Below are positions 21,001 to 29,044 of a DNA stretch of 64,000 nt, in pieces (positions within the stretch are counted from its first letter, which is position 1; every line of letters starts with the position of its first letter). Position numbers and translations under genes: made by a program. The notes under the pieces are model-generated. The model did not search any database and had not been told where the DNA came from. It saw only the letters and a program-made list of their open reading frames with translations. The DNA is from an uncultured Clostridia bacterium (GTDB taxonomy: Bacteria > Bacillota > Clostridia > UMGS1810): positions 157,139-221,138 of the forward strand of contig CAKSTI010000001.1 of assembly GCA_934500705.1 (NCBI GenBank), written 5' to 3'.

Positions 21001-21281
21001 AATGTACCCTTGAACGGAAAAACGGAGTTTTTGCCGAGCGGTTCCCAGGAGCCGTCCACAACAATGTCGGCATCAAGCCGCACGTCGGCGTCAGCGTTTT
21101 TGCCGTCGTTCACCATTTGCGCAAGCTCTGCAAGCGACTGTGCATCAGTTACGATGTACGGGTCACCGGCAGTGCCGCCGCCTGTTAAGCTGTCAGCCAA
21201 CGCAGGCATTGCCGCCGTGCTTACGGCAAGCATAAGCACGAGGGCAAGAGCGCCGAGCTTTGAAAAAACAGATTTTTTCAT
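18075..21281 (-). CDS. SLH-anchored surface protein, 1068 aa: N-terminal GLUG-type beta-helix, prenyltransferase-like alpha/alpha-toroid repeats, DUF4430-like beta domain, three C-terminal SLH repeats
   Basis: Signal peptide MKKSVFSKLGALALVLMLAVSTAAMPALA. GLUG-like repeats YVGGLAARARGN, GGFVGGYD, GGIVGTT, VGGLMGQ. Repeats of Q..ENG.. type (DAQGENGLCYY, VQGENGSYGNV). Segment GWLYTVNGNSPTVGMADYKLKNGDDVKLYY resembles DUF4430. SLH repeats FADVSNAEWYYEYVKYAYANKLMQG..., FTDVSDGEWYTSAVNWAVANGIVFG..., YDDYADISEYAVPAIRFAV.... Confidence 0.7.
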   Translation of the reverse strand: MKKSVFSKLGALALVLMLAVSTAAMPALADSLTGGGTAGDPYIVTDAQSLAELAQMVNDGKNADADVRLDADIVVDGSWEPLGKNSVFPFKGTFDGNGHSITVTVDNPGLSYFGFFGCLENAEVKNLTLNGEVYCSEPYAYVGGLAARARGNVTLENCVVNMGLSSLARGNAGTGGFVGGYDKGVEYQTPSVRLALTNCINNGFIMMTGEDKDVCVGGIVGTTKNCVQLENCENNAVIYAPGVCVGGLMGQPGSTTGDCRPLISTCKSDATLVGTSGKVYRLYVPANGSGIAKDRVIDSGDNEYTGTSELDITVLLETQKYPSVIAVSSSLVAGESITIIKDGETADENITVSCTQGEKDITKGYIECDGFGAKLTKLNESGKSVQETATLEFTDNNGITVRKPVTFNIQPSEDAKHKLMDSIAASYNGKSGEWVVFDMAVYEYLGFGENTTDKENYLNLAVNNLAGNVPLATDRAKAEIIFASLGKDSARLTPYGSETQYSNAEKLAQMDFGSSHYTAPWILLAEEAGRLELTDKQRNDMISLLLDAQGENGLCYYTWGGESYDDVDTTGTALAALARFYESDSSVKNFVDTAIEGLSSVQGENGSYGNVNSDAMVITGLAAMGINPSSDERFVKAGGSLADALMLYANDSGNGFTTAYASGAAGEKARALATEQGFRALIILEKLKTCTVFNVYTQKTKGAENDDVIRTFDSYEASGEGKKDDGGSNETGGDSGNPSETKNTAKLTVTAINENWLSKEIEIKDGITVAEFIKLAFEGTELSADGLDDGYIKSVTNGKTTLAQLDKGDNSGWLYTVNGNSPTVGMADYKLKNGDDVKLYYTVDYTKDEGSKKWSGSGGGSSKKDDTVSTKDETPKVEETVVVMPFADVSNAEWYYEYVKYAYANKLMQGTSDTEFSPEEILTRSMFVTILYRLENQPSVTKNAVFTDVSDGEWYTSAVNWAVANGIVFGLSDTEFGTDEPLLREQLAAMIMRYAKYKGYDVSAGDNTNILSYDDYADISEYAVPAIRFAVGSKILSGKTDKTVNPSDTATRAEIAAVMTRFAQSLKK

Positions 21282-21320
21282 AATAATTTAATTCCTTTCG
21301 CTGTAAAGTAATATATATTA

Positions 21321-22682
21321 TTACTTCTGCGCCGCCTCACAGAGAGGATATATGTCCTCCAAGGAACGCAAAAGCATTGCTTTTACAGTTTTTGCACCGG
21401 TTGCGTTGAAATCTTTTGGTGCATCTACGCTTTGATTTGCACCTGCATCAAATTTTCTTTTTACCATACCAACGCTTGTAAGTGTGTCACCGTTGTACGA
21501 TGCAAATACTACGCAATATGTGCCTGTCTTTGCTGCGGAAACAACCGCTTTTATTTTACTATCATCAAGTGTTATTGAGTATGTAATCGGCTCGTCACCG
21601 CCGGATGTTTTCCATACCGGAACGGGGTAGCCGTCATATTTGCCTTCAACTACTTTAAAGCCTTCTAAATTGAGGGATTTCATTTCGGTAGTTGTTTTAG
21701 CAGTGTAACCGTTTAAACCGTAGTTACCGTTTTTAAGCATCGCAAAAGAGCTCCACGAAGACGGACTTGGGTTCAAAGTGCTGTCATAATAAAATGCTGT
21801 TATCTTTTTATTAGTAATAGAACTTGTATTGTATGAAATACCAAAATTTTTACTTGCACCAACCTTTGCGCAAAGAAGTGTATTTGATAGCTCCAATGAC
21901 ACACTACCACTATTTATATATCCTACAACACCTCCGGCATTTCCACTTCCCGAAATATTTCCAAGTATAGAGCTGTTAGATATATTGACATTACTATAAT
22001 ACTGTGCCGAGCCAATAATACCTCCGTAATATGTACTGCTTGCACCGGATATTGCAACATTGCTTATGCAGTTGTCCACCGTAATAGTCGTACACTTATC
22101 TTTACTACCGGTAATCATACCAACAATTCCGCCAACAAATGTATAATCTTTCCCGGTTTTATATGCAATACTTCCAGACACAATACAATTATCAATCGTT
22201 GCCATACTACCCTCAGATATTTGTCCGGCTAAAACACCTACGGTATTAACCTTATTAATGTCGGTTATGTCTTTGATTTCAACTCTAATGTTTTTAACGG
22301 TTCCTGCCAGTTCGCCAATCAATCCGGTATTTACATACGTTGTACCTTGCCAAGTAGAAGTACCCGTTCCACCTGCAAGCGTTAAATTTGAAATAGTATG
22401 TCCCTTACCGTCAAACTCGCCCGTAAGTTTCTTTATAACATACGTTTTATTATCAAGCACAACGCCATTCATATCAATATCAGCGCCAAGCTGCACGTAC
22501 CATACCTCATCTTTTGTATTAAGCTCTTTGAGTTGTCCCGCCGTTGTAATAACATAGGGGTCTGTTTGAGTTCCTGAACCCTTTAAGGTAGTCGAGTCCG
22601 CCGACACTGCCGCCGGCATAGCGCACACGGCAACGACCAGTGCCGCAAGTAACGCTGTCACTTTTGAAATTGTTTTGTTCAT
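21321..22682 (-). CDS. Secreted GLUG/beta-helix repeat protein, 453 aa, paralogue of the N-terminus of the 18075..21281 product
   Basis: Start reassigned to MNKTISKVTALLAALVVAVCAMPAAVSA (GGAAAGGA RBS). SADSTTLKGSGTQTDPYVITTAGQLKELN parallels SLTGGGTAGDPYIVTDAQSLAELAQ of the neighbour. Repeats FVGGIVGMITGS, YYGGIIGSAQ, AGGVVGYINSG. Confidence 0.65.
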   Translation of the reverse strand: MNKTISKVTALLAALVVAVCAMPAAVSADSTTLKGSGTQTDPYVITTAGQLKELNTKDEVWYVQLGADIDMNGVVLDNKTYVIKKLTGEFDGKGHTISNLTLAGGTGTSTWQGTTYVNTGLIGELAGTVKNIRVEIKDITDINKVNTVGVLAGQISEGSMATIDNCIVSGSIAYKTGKDYTFVGGIVGMITGSKDKCTTITVDNCISNVAISGASSTYYGGIIGSAQYYSNVNISNSSILGNISGSGNAGGVVGYINSGSVSLELSNTLLCAKVGASKNFGISYNTSSITNKKITAFYYDSTLNPSPSSWSSFAMLKNGNYGLNGYTAKTTTEMKSLNLEGFKVVEGKYDGYPVPVWKTSGGDEPITYSITLDDSKIKAVVSAAKTGTYCVVFASYNGDTLTSVGMVKRKFDAGANQSVDAPKDFNATGAKTVKAMLLRSLEDIYPLCEAAQK

Positions 22683-22748
22683 TTTTCTTTCGTCCTTTCC
22701 AAAAATATCTATGTCAATCCACGAATGCGCACGCAAACACGCCCACAT

Positions 22749-22780
22749 AAAACAAAAGCGGCAACCTAATAGGTTGCCGC
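22749..22780 (-). terminator. Intrinsic terminator inside the leader of the GLUG gene (GCGGCAACC-TATT-AGGTTGCCGC + TTTTGTTTT)
   Basis: Perfect 9 bp GC-rich stem and 4 nt loop followed by a U-tract on the minus strand, ~66 nt upstream of the ATG at 22682. Confidence 0.55.
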
Positions 22781-23063
22781 AGCAGTTTTTCTGCAAGCGT
22801 CACAATACGGCATACAAAGCCGTAAACATTGCCCATACACTCAGCGGAGCAACATCAAAGCAGGTCTTCTGACTCGTGCCCTATAAAAGCGTCACATTTC
22901 CTGCCTTCTCAGTTTCCCAATGACTGACTTTCGTCAACGGAGAATGTGACATTCGGGTACATACAGCGACTGGTATCGTCCGAGGTTCGCACTCGGTTCC
23001 CTTTTCACCCGTCAAGGCCCTTGGGCGCATGGCGGACACTTTGTGTGAGTTTTGATATTTATT
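22781..23063 (-). ncRNA. Unclassified ~300 nt structured RNA leader (candidate riboswitch/attenuator) between a strong promoter and the terminator above
   Basis: No coding capacity with an RBS. GC-rich blocks: hairpin CCGAG-TGCGAAC-CTCGG, GGGTGAAAAGGGAACC, three GTGAC(A/G) motifs (TGTGACGCTT appears twice). The upstream segment GTTGCTCCGC can pair with the 5' arm of the terminator, giving an antiterminator alternative. Confidence 0.3.
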
Positions 23064-23069
23064 AATTGC

Positions 23070-23098
23070 ATTGTACCACAATTTTTACTTATTATCAA
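23070..23098 (-). promoter_or_regulatory. Strong sigma-A promoter with extended -10 (TTGATA - 17 bp - TGgTACAAT) driving the leader RNA and probably the GLUG gene
   Basis: Minus strand reads cTTGATAataagtaaaaattgTGGTACAATgcaattaa. No comparable promoter lies between the terminator and the ATG at 22682. Confidence 0.55.
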
Positions 23099-23128
23099 GC
23101 CACAAATCAAACTTTGTGAGTGGTTTTG

Positions 23129-23920
23129 TCAATTTTTTGCAAGTTTTTCATATATTTCCCTTATGTTTTCATACACAAAGGTCGGTTTTACCTCGCTTTT
23201 TTCCAAATCATCGAGTGTGCCCTCGCCGCTCAAAACAAAAATTGAGCATATGCCTGCATTTACACCGCAGGCAATATCGGTGTAGAGTCTGTCGCCCACG
23301 ACGGCGGTTTGACCTTTGGTACAGCCGCATTTTTTCATTGCAAGATACGCCATTTCGGGGCAGGGTTTGCCTATAAAGCGTGGACGGCGCTTTGTTGCGT
23401 TAAAGAGCATTTCGCTGACCGAGCCGCAATCCGGCACAAAGCCGTACCACGTGGGGCAGACAAGGTCGGGATTTGTGGCAATGTAGTCAACGTCCCTGTT
23501 TAGCAATATGCACGCATCTTCCAACTTTTTAAACGAAAGTTCGGTGTCAAAGCCCATACAGAGGCAGTCTGTGCCGTCCTGCAATTTGGCGGTTACGGGG
23601 AGTCCGAAGTCCGCAAGCTGAGATACAAACGACTCTGTTCCGAGGGCGTATATCTTGCTGTAATTTTTATTTTTAAGATAGAGGGCGGTTGCATCGGTTG
23701 AGGTCAAAAAATCGTCTTTTGACGCCTTGATGCCGAGTGCGGCAAGTTTTTCCACGTATTTGTTTACGCTCTTTGACGAATTGTTCGTAAGAAAAATATA
23801 TCTGCCGCCGCTCCTCTTAACATAATCCAAAAAATCAAGAGTGCCGTCAAAAAGGTCGTTGTCAAGATATATGGTACCGTCCATATCCAACAGAAAAAGT
23901 TTAATATCCTTTATATCCAT
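23129..23920 (-). CDS. HAD-superfamily hydrolase, subfamily IIA (NagD/YutF-like sugar-phosphatase)
   Basis: Start taken at MDIKDIKLFLLDMDGTIYLDN with GGAGA RBS. DxDGT motif I. FLTNNSS motif II. Confidence 0.75.
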   Translation of the reverse strand: MDIKDIKLFLLDMDGTIYLDNDLFDGTLDFLDYVKRSGGRYIFLTNNSSKSVNKYVEKLAALGIKASKDDFLTSTDATALYLKNKNYSKIYALGTESFVSQLADFGLPVTAKLQDGTDCLCMGFDTELSFKKLEDACILLNRDVDYIATNPDLVCPTWYGFVPDCGSVSEMLFNATKRRPRFIGKPCPEMAYLAMKKCGCTKGQTAVVGDRLYTDIACGVNAGICSIFVLSGEGTLDDLEKSEVKPTFVYENIREIYEKLAKN

Positions 23921-23924
23921 AATT

Positions 23925-24287
23925 TTAATTCTCCGAAGCATCTGTATTTTGTGTTACAACAACATCGACACCCGTACCGGCAACATCTTTTACTGCAACA
24001 TCGCCGATTTTAATCGGCAGAGGAATACGGACGGAATTTATGACGGACATACATTCAAATATTTTGCCTTTGGGTATCGGCTGTGCGGTTTTTACCGAAA
24101 CGGGAGTACCGCAAGTGCTCATTACTGTTGAGGTAACCACTCTTGTAGGATTGGTGCACTCGTCTTTGGCGTATTTTGCGCCACGGGGACAGGTATTGCC
24201 GGTCACATCTGTGACACTGCCGTTATCTAACGTAACTTCTATACGGCACCCTATGGGGCACACTATGCAGGTGAGTTGTCTTTTCAT
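23925..24287 (-). CDS. DUF1667-family small Cys-rich protein
   Basis: MKRQLTCIVCPIGCRIEV...CPRGAKYAKDEC, with CxxCxxxC and CxxG motifs. Sits downstream of the two flavoenzymes, as in Clostridial glpA-like clusters. Confidence 0.7.
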   Translation of the reverse strand: MKRQLTCIVCPIGCRIEVTLDNGSVTDVTGNTCPRGAKYAKDECTNPTRVVTSTVMSTCGTPVSVKTAQPIPKGKIFECMSVINSVRIPLPIKIGDVAVKDVAGTGVDVVVTQNTDASEN

Positions 24288-25525
24288 TTTTCTCCCTCCA
24301 ATTCAAAGCGCAGTTTTTCGGCGTTTTTAAAAGCGTCGGACTTTAAAACAATTCTGTTCATTTCTCCGGGGGCGGCTTTAACGAGTTTTTTGGAAAACAC
24401 GGTTTCCGTACCGCTTTTTACAACAACCGACGCATTTCTGAACACGTCGCTGACTCTGAAAAATACAGCCGTGTCCTTTGTCTGTGTGATTTTCTGCGGA
24501 ACGGTGTAGCGTATTCTGCCGTCGGTTTCTATCGGTACGGACACGGTACTTTCAAGACCGCTTTTAATGTATTCCGCCGCAGATTTTCCGGCGGTTTCCG
24601 CCTCATCGGAAACAAAGTCAACGAGGTCGTGAACGTGAAGCACATTGCCGCAGGCAAATATGCCGTCGATATCAGTCTGCCGGTTCTGGTCAACCACTGC
24701 GCCGTTTGTAATGCGGTCAAGGGTGACGTTTGCCTTTTTGGTAAGTTCGTTTTCGGGGATTAGTCCAACAGAGAGGAGAAGTGTATCACACGGGATATAC
24801 TGCTCTGTTCCGCAAACAGGCTTTCTGTCCTCTCCCACTTTGGCAACCGTCACGCCGACTACTCTGTCTTTGCCGTGAATTTGCGTAACCGTATGGCTCA
24901 GCATAAGCGGTATGTCAAAGTCATTAAGGCATTGTTCGATGTTTCTGGCAAGACCGCCGGAGTACGGCATCAGCTCACATACGGCGTGCACTTTTGCACC
25001 CTCCAATGTCATTCTGCGTGCCATAATAAGTCCGATGTCGCCCGAACCTAATATAACAACGTCTTTGCCGGGCATATAACCCTTCATATTAACAAGTTTT
25101 TGTGCAGTGCCGGCGCTGTAAATACCTGCCGGGCGTGTGCCGGCAATATTGAGCGCACCCTTGGGTCTTTCACGGCAGCCCATGGCGAGGATTACCGCCT
25201 TTGTGCTTACGGTGAATATTCCGTCGGTTTTATTGACGGCGGTCACGTTTTTATCCGCATCAATGTCTAAAACCATAGTATTGAGTTTATATTGAATGCC
25301 GTACTGCTTAACCTTTTGTTCGTACCGTGCTGCGTATTCCGGTCCTGTGAGTTCCTCGCCGAACTTATGCAAACCAAATCCGTTATGTATGCACTGCTGC
25401 AAAATTCCGCCGAGGTGTGAGTCACGCTCCAAGATTAAAATATCCTTAATGCCGCTCTCGTATGCAGACACTGCCGCACTCATTCCGGCAGGGCCTCCGC
25501 CTATTATAACCAAATCCGTCATCAC
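24284..25525 (-). CDS. FAD/NAD(P)-binding pyridine-nucleotide-disulfide-type oxidoreductase
   Basis: N-terminal dinucleotide fold LVIIGGGPAGMSAAVSA. Second Rossmann motif VVILGSGDIGLIMARR. 4 nt overlap with the upstream gene. Confidence 0.75.
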   Translation of the reverse strand: MMTDLVIIGGGPAGMSAAVSAYESGIKDILILERDSHLGGILQQCIHNGFGLHKFGEELTGPEYAARYEQKVKQYGIQYKLNTMVLDIDADKNVTAVNKTDGIFTVSTKAVILAMGCRERPKGALNIAGTRPAGIYSAGTAQKLVNMKGYMPGKDVVILGSGDIGLIMARRMTLEGAKVHAVCELMPYSGGLARNIEQCLNDFDIPLMLSHTVTQIHGKDRVVGVTVAKVGEDRKPVCGTEQYIPCDTLLLSVGLIPENELTKKANVTLDRITNGAVVDQNRQTDIDGIFACGNVLHVHDLVDFVSDEAETAGKSAAEYIKSGLESTVSVPIETDGRIRYTVPQKITQTKDTAVFFRVSDVFRNASVVVKSGTETVFSKKLVKAAPGEMNRIVLKSDAFKNAEKLRFELEGEK

Positions 25526-26964
25526 ACAGCCCCCTTTGTCTTTCCGACGGTAATGTGGGAATTACCGCCGCTTTTGGTAATGTCATCATATTTTTTGCCA
25601 AGTTCACGTGACAGAATTTCGGCAACGTAAGGCAGGCAAAAGCCGCCCTGGCAACGCCCCATACCGGAGCGTGTGCGGCGTTTTACGCCGTCTATGTCAC
25701 GTGCACCGGGGTTTTTGTAAATTGCCTCGACAATCTCGCCTTCGGTTACGGTTTCGCATCGGCAGATTACTCTGCCAAAGCGTGGGTCTTGCTTTATAAT
25801 TCGGTTTTTCTCGTCAATATCGGCGTCACGGAAGCGGTGCATCGGCTCTCTTACGGGGTTGAAGTTCTCATTGATTTCAAGTTTCAAACCGCTGTTTCTC
25901 AAAAGCTCTGCAACGTATTCCGCTATTGCCGGCGATGCCGAAAGTCCGGGGGACTCTATGGCGGCAACATTTACAAATCCGCCGTCTTTAACGTTTATTA
26001 TAAAATCTCCGGTGTCGCCTACGGCACGCAGACCGCAAAAGGACGTAATCGTTTTTGCAAACGAAACGGAAGGTACGTTCTCCATCGCCTCGGAGATAAT
26101 TTTGGCAAACCCCTCAGGTGTGGTGCTCTTGTCCTCTTTATCCTCCATATCAACGGCGGTGGGTCCTGTCAGGTAATTGCCGTCCACTGTGGGGGAAAGC
26201 AAAATTCCCTTGCCTTTTTCGGACGGAGTTCTGAATATTGTCCGCTCGGTAAGCGTACCGCACTCGCTGTCGAGGAGAATATATTCACCACGTCTTGGGT
26301 GGATTTTAAACGAAAAGTCGCCTGCTATGTTTGCAACCCTGTCGGCATACACTCCGGCAGCATTTACCACGTACTTTGCACAAATACTGTCTTTTTCCGA
26401 CGCAAGTCTATACGCGCCGTCCGTATGCGATATTGAGCTAACCTCAAAATTGAGTTTAAGTTCGGCGCCGTTATCCATTGCGTTACCCACGGCGGCTATG
26501 CAAAGTCCGTAGGGGCAAATTATTGCGCCTGTCGGAGCATAGAGTGCGCCAACGGCATTATCGGTGATATTCGGTTCCAATAATTTAAGCTCTTTGGCAT
26601 CTATTATTTTAAGTCCGTCAACGCCGTTTTTTACGCCACGATTATAGAGATTTTCCACTTCTGTCATATCGTCATCGTTCAAGGCTATTACAAGCGAGCC
26701 GTTATTTTTGTAGCGGACGCCGAGCTGTTTTGCGGTTTCCGCCATCATCTTTGAACCTCTGACGTTAAGGCGGGCTTTGAGCGAGCCTTCCTTTGCGTCA
26801 AATCCTGCGTGGACTATGGCAGAATTTGCCTTTGTGGCTCCGCACGCAACATCGTTTTCCCTTTCAAGAATACAGACTTTTAAATCATACTTGGTAAGTT
26901 CTCTTGCAATCATTGCGCCAACAACTCCGGCGCCGATTACTGCAACATCATACAAGTCGGTCAT
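25522..26964 (-). CDS. FAD-dependent glycerol-3-phosphate dehydrogenase/oxidase-like enzyme (GlpA-like) with C-terminal BFD-like [2Fe-2S] motif
   Basis: DVAVIGAGVVGAMIAREL FAD fold. C-terminal CRCETVTEGEIVEAIYKNPGARDIDGVKRRTRSGMGRCQGGFC. Confidence 0.7.
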   Translation of the reverse strand: MTDLYDVAVIGAGVVGAMIARELTKYDLKVCILERENDVACGATKANSAIVHAGFDAKEGSLKARLNVRGSKMMAETAKQLGVRYKNNGSLVIALNDDDMTEVENLYNRGVKNGVDGLKIIDAKELKLLEPNITDNAVGALYAPTGAIICPYGLCIAAVGNAMDNGAELKLNFEVSSISHTDGAYRLASEKDSICAKYVVNAAGVYADRVANIAGDFSFKIHPRRGEYILLDSECGTLTERTIFRTPSEKGKGILLSPTVDGNYLTGPTAVDMEDKEDKSTTPEGFAKIISEAMENVPSVSFAKTITSFCGLRAVGDTGDFIINVKDGGFVNVAAIESPGLSASPAIAEYVAELLRNSGLKLEINENFNPVREPMHRFRDADIDEKNRIIKQDPRFGRVICRCETVTEGEIVEAIYKNPGARDIDGVKRRTRSGMGRCQGGFCLPYVAEILSRELGKKYDDITKSGGNSHITVGKTKGAV

Positions 26965-27117
26965 CTCCCCTGTTTGTTTACAAAATTTTTTCTTTACAAA
27001 TCGACAAGAATATTATATAATTATTGAGCAACAAAAATCAACAATGGCGAAAAATAAGAAAGATTTTACATTTTATATTGAAAAAGTGCGCAGTAATGCG
27101 CAAAAAGAGGTGTCATT

Positions 27118-27873
27118 ATGTACGGAAACGAACGGGAAAGAGAAATTATGGATCTGCTCGCCCAAAACAGATACGCAACGGTTGAATACCTGGCGGAAAA
27201 GATACACATAAGTCCGTCGAGCATACGCAGGGACCTTAAAAAGTTGGAAATGGAAGGCCTTATTACCAGAAGTTACGGCGGAGCGGAAATCAAAAAGTCA
27301 ATTAACAGGCAGATACCGTACTTTTTGCGAAGTCACAAAAACACCAAGGAGAAAAACTTTGTTGCGCAAATTGCGTCATCGCTTGTAAAAAGCGGAGATG
27401 TGGTGTTTCTTGACAGTTCAACGAGTACATATTTTATGATTGAACACATAAAAAGCATTAAGGGAATAACCGTTATAACAAACAGTCTTGCAAGTATGAC
27501 GGCGCTTGCGGAATACGGGGTAAATTCGTTTTTTGCCGGCGGACACTTAAACCCGGAAAACCGCTCCTGCTGTGTGGGTGCGCAGACAGAGGAATTTATA
27601 CGCAGTGTGCACGCAGATATTTATTTTTTCTCCGTGCAGTCCCTCACAAGCGACGGAAGTCTGTACGACTGCTTTGCAAACGAGATAATGACAAGACGTC
27701 TTATGCTCGAAAACTCGGAAAAGAAAGTTTTTCTCTGCGACAGCAGTAAAATAAACCACTACTCCGCATACAGGCTGTGCGATGTGTCCGAGCTTGACTG
27801 CGTGATAAGCGACATCGACCTTAAAAACTATCTTGTAAAAGAATACAAAAATACTGACTTTATATATAGGTAA
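27118..27873 (+). CDS. DeoR/GlpR-family transcriptional regulator
   Basis: N-terminal DeoR HTH (REREIMDLLAQNRYATVEYLAEKIHISPSSIRRDLKKLE) and C-terminal sugar-phosphate-binding domain. AAGAGGTG RBS. Divergent from the glpA-like operon. Confidence 0.8.
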   Translation: MYGNEREREIMDLLAQNRYATVEYLAEKIHISPSSIRRDLKKLEMEGLITRSYGGAEIKKSINRQIPYFLRSHKNTKEKNFVAQIASSLVKSGDVVFLDSSTSTYFMIEHIKSIKGITVITNSLASMTALAEYGVNSFFAGGHLNPENRSCCVGAQTEEFIRSVHADIYFFSVQSLTSDGSLYDCFANEIMTRRLMLENSEKKVFLCDSSKINHYSAYRLCDVSELDCVISDIDLKNYLVKEYKNTDFIYR

Positions 27874-27874
27874 G

Positions 27875-27908
27875 GCGGCGCACAGGATTTGCACGCCGCC
27901 GTTTAATT
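27875..27908 (+). terminator. Intrinsic terminator of the DeoR gene
   Basis: GGCGGCG...CGCCGCC stem followed by GTTTAATT. Confidence 0.5.
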
Positions 27909-27910
27909 AA

Positions 27911-27952
27911 ATAAACACGGGGTGCAGGAAAACTATCGTCCTTTGCACCCCG
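27911..27952 (-). terminator. Intrinsic terminator of the convergent six-gene catabolic operon
   Basis: CGGGGTGCA...TGCACCCCG stem followed on the minus strand by TGTTTATTTAATT. Confidence 0.5.
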
Positions 27953-27961
27953 GTGCGATTC

Positions 27962-29044
27962 TTACAGCTTTACGGTTTTACCGGTTGAAATACTTTCATA
28001 TACTGCGTTCATTGCCTCGATTGTCTTTTTGTGCCATTTGAGGTTAATGAGCGGTGTTTTGTGATTTCTTATGTTATCGTAGAACTCGTCCACAAGTCCA
28101 ATCCACTCGTCAAAATAAGTGTACTGCACGGTGTATCTGTCATTGGGCAGTCCGTTGTGATAAACGTTCGGACCGAAGCAATCGGACATTATTGTTCCGT
28201 TTTCGCCGTTTAAAGTTATGTTAACTTCCATACGCTTTGGGAACACTTCCCAGCCGGGGCCGGGGACTTTAAGCCTTTCCTCCATTTTTGACCAGGACGG
28301 GTCAAGCGAGAAAATAGTGCCGTCCTTCATTTTTCCTATAACCGAGAGCATATCTTCCTCCTCGATGTCGGGGCGGATATTGGGGGCAACCTCGGCATAG
28401 ATGCTGTCAAAGTCACTGCCTGTCATATGGCGTATCATATCAAAAATATGCGGGTGGTCGCAGAGTGCACCGCCACGGAAACGGCTGTCGCCTTCCTTAA
28501 TCGGAACACGCTTGCCGTAGCTCTTTTCGGGAACGCCCTGCCACGGGAACGCCCAAACCGGCGAGAGGGTTATGTTTGTGGCGTTAAAGGACTTGATTTT
28601 GCCGATTTCGCCGTTTTTAACAAGTTCTTTGAGGCGGACAATAACGGGGTTATAGTGCATTTCAAGCTCAATCTGGCAGATTACGTCCTTTTCCTCAACA
28701 AGTTTAATCATCTCGCCGTATTCGTCCATATCGAACGTGGGGATTTTCATAGAGAGAATGTGTATTCCACGCTTTGCGCAGAGTTTCATCTGGCGCAGAT
28801 GCTCGCTGTTTTCGCTCGCAAGGACAACCGCCTCTATTTCGGGGTGGGCGTCAAGCATTTCGACTTCGCTGTCATAGCAGGGTATGCCGTCCACGCTGTC
28901 CAAAAACACCTTTTTGACCTCGTCGTTTGCGGTAGACACTGCAACCCAGTCAAGTTTTGGATTTTCCTTTAATGTCTGATAATATTTTCTCGTATGACCG
29001 TGCGTCATACTCATCATTGCAATTTTTAAGGGTTTCATAATCAA
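27962..29044 (-). CDS. Gfo/Idh/MocA-family oxidoreductase-like protein with a degenerate dinucleotide-binding motif
   Basis: RGGALCDHPHIFDMIRHMTG matches the family GGGAL.D.G.H..D signature region. The N-terminus KIAMMSMTHGHTRKY lacks the usual GxGxxG. Confidence 0.6.
   Translation of the reverse strand: MIMKPLKIAMMSMTHGHTRKYYQTLKENPKLDWVAVSTANDEVKKVFLDSVDGIPCYDSEVEMLDAHPEIEAVVLASENSEHLRQMKLCAKRGIHILSMKIPTFDMDEYGEMIKLVEEKDVICQIELEMHYNPVIVRLKELVKNGEIGKIKSFNATNITLSPVWAFPWQGVPEKSYGKRVPIKEGDSRFRGGALCDHPHIFDMIRHMTGSDFDSIYAEVAPNIRPDIEEEDMLSVIGKMKDGTIFSLDPSWSKMEERLKVPGPGWEVFPKRMEVNITLNGENGTIMSDCFGPNVYHNGLPNDRYTVQYTYFDEWIGLVDEFYDNIRNHKTPLINLKWHKKTIEAMNAVYESISTGKTVKL

Noticed and set aside
22749-23063. 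Assignment of the leader RNA to TPP (CTGAGA present), cobalamin (GGTGAAAA + GGGAA present), c-di-GMP-I or SRP RNA (AAGGCAG present)
   Set aside because: Each shows only one short motif, and the rest of the respective consensus (ACCTGATCTGGATAATGCCAGCG, GCCACTG B12 box, GGCAAACC...GACGCAAAGC, GGAAGCAGCCAAGGCAG) is absent. Left unclassified.
22881-23081. 66 aa ORF (MWYNAINKYQ...) on the minus strand
   Set aside because: Its ATG overlaps the -10 element (TGGTACAAT) of the leader promoter. It has no RBS, and its GC-rich repeats fit an RNA structure better than a protein.
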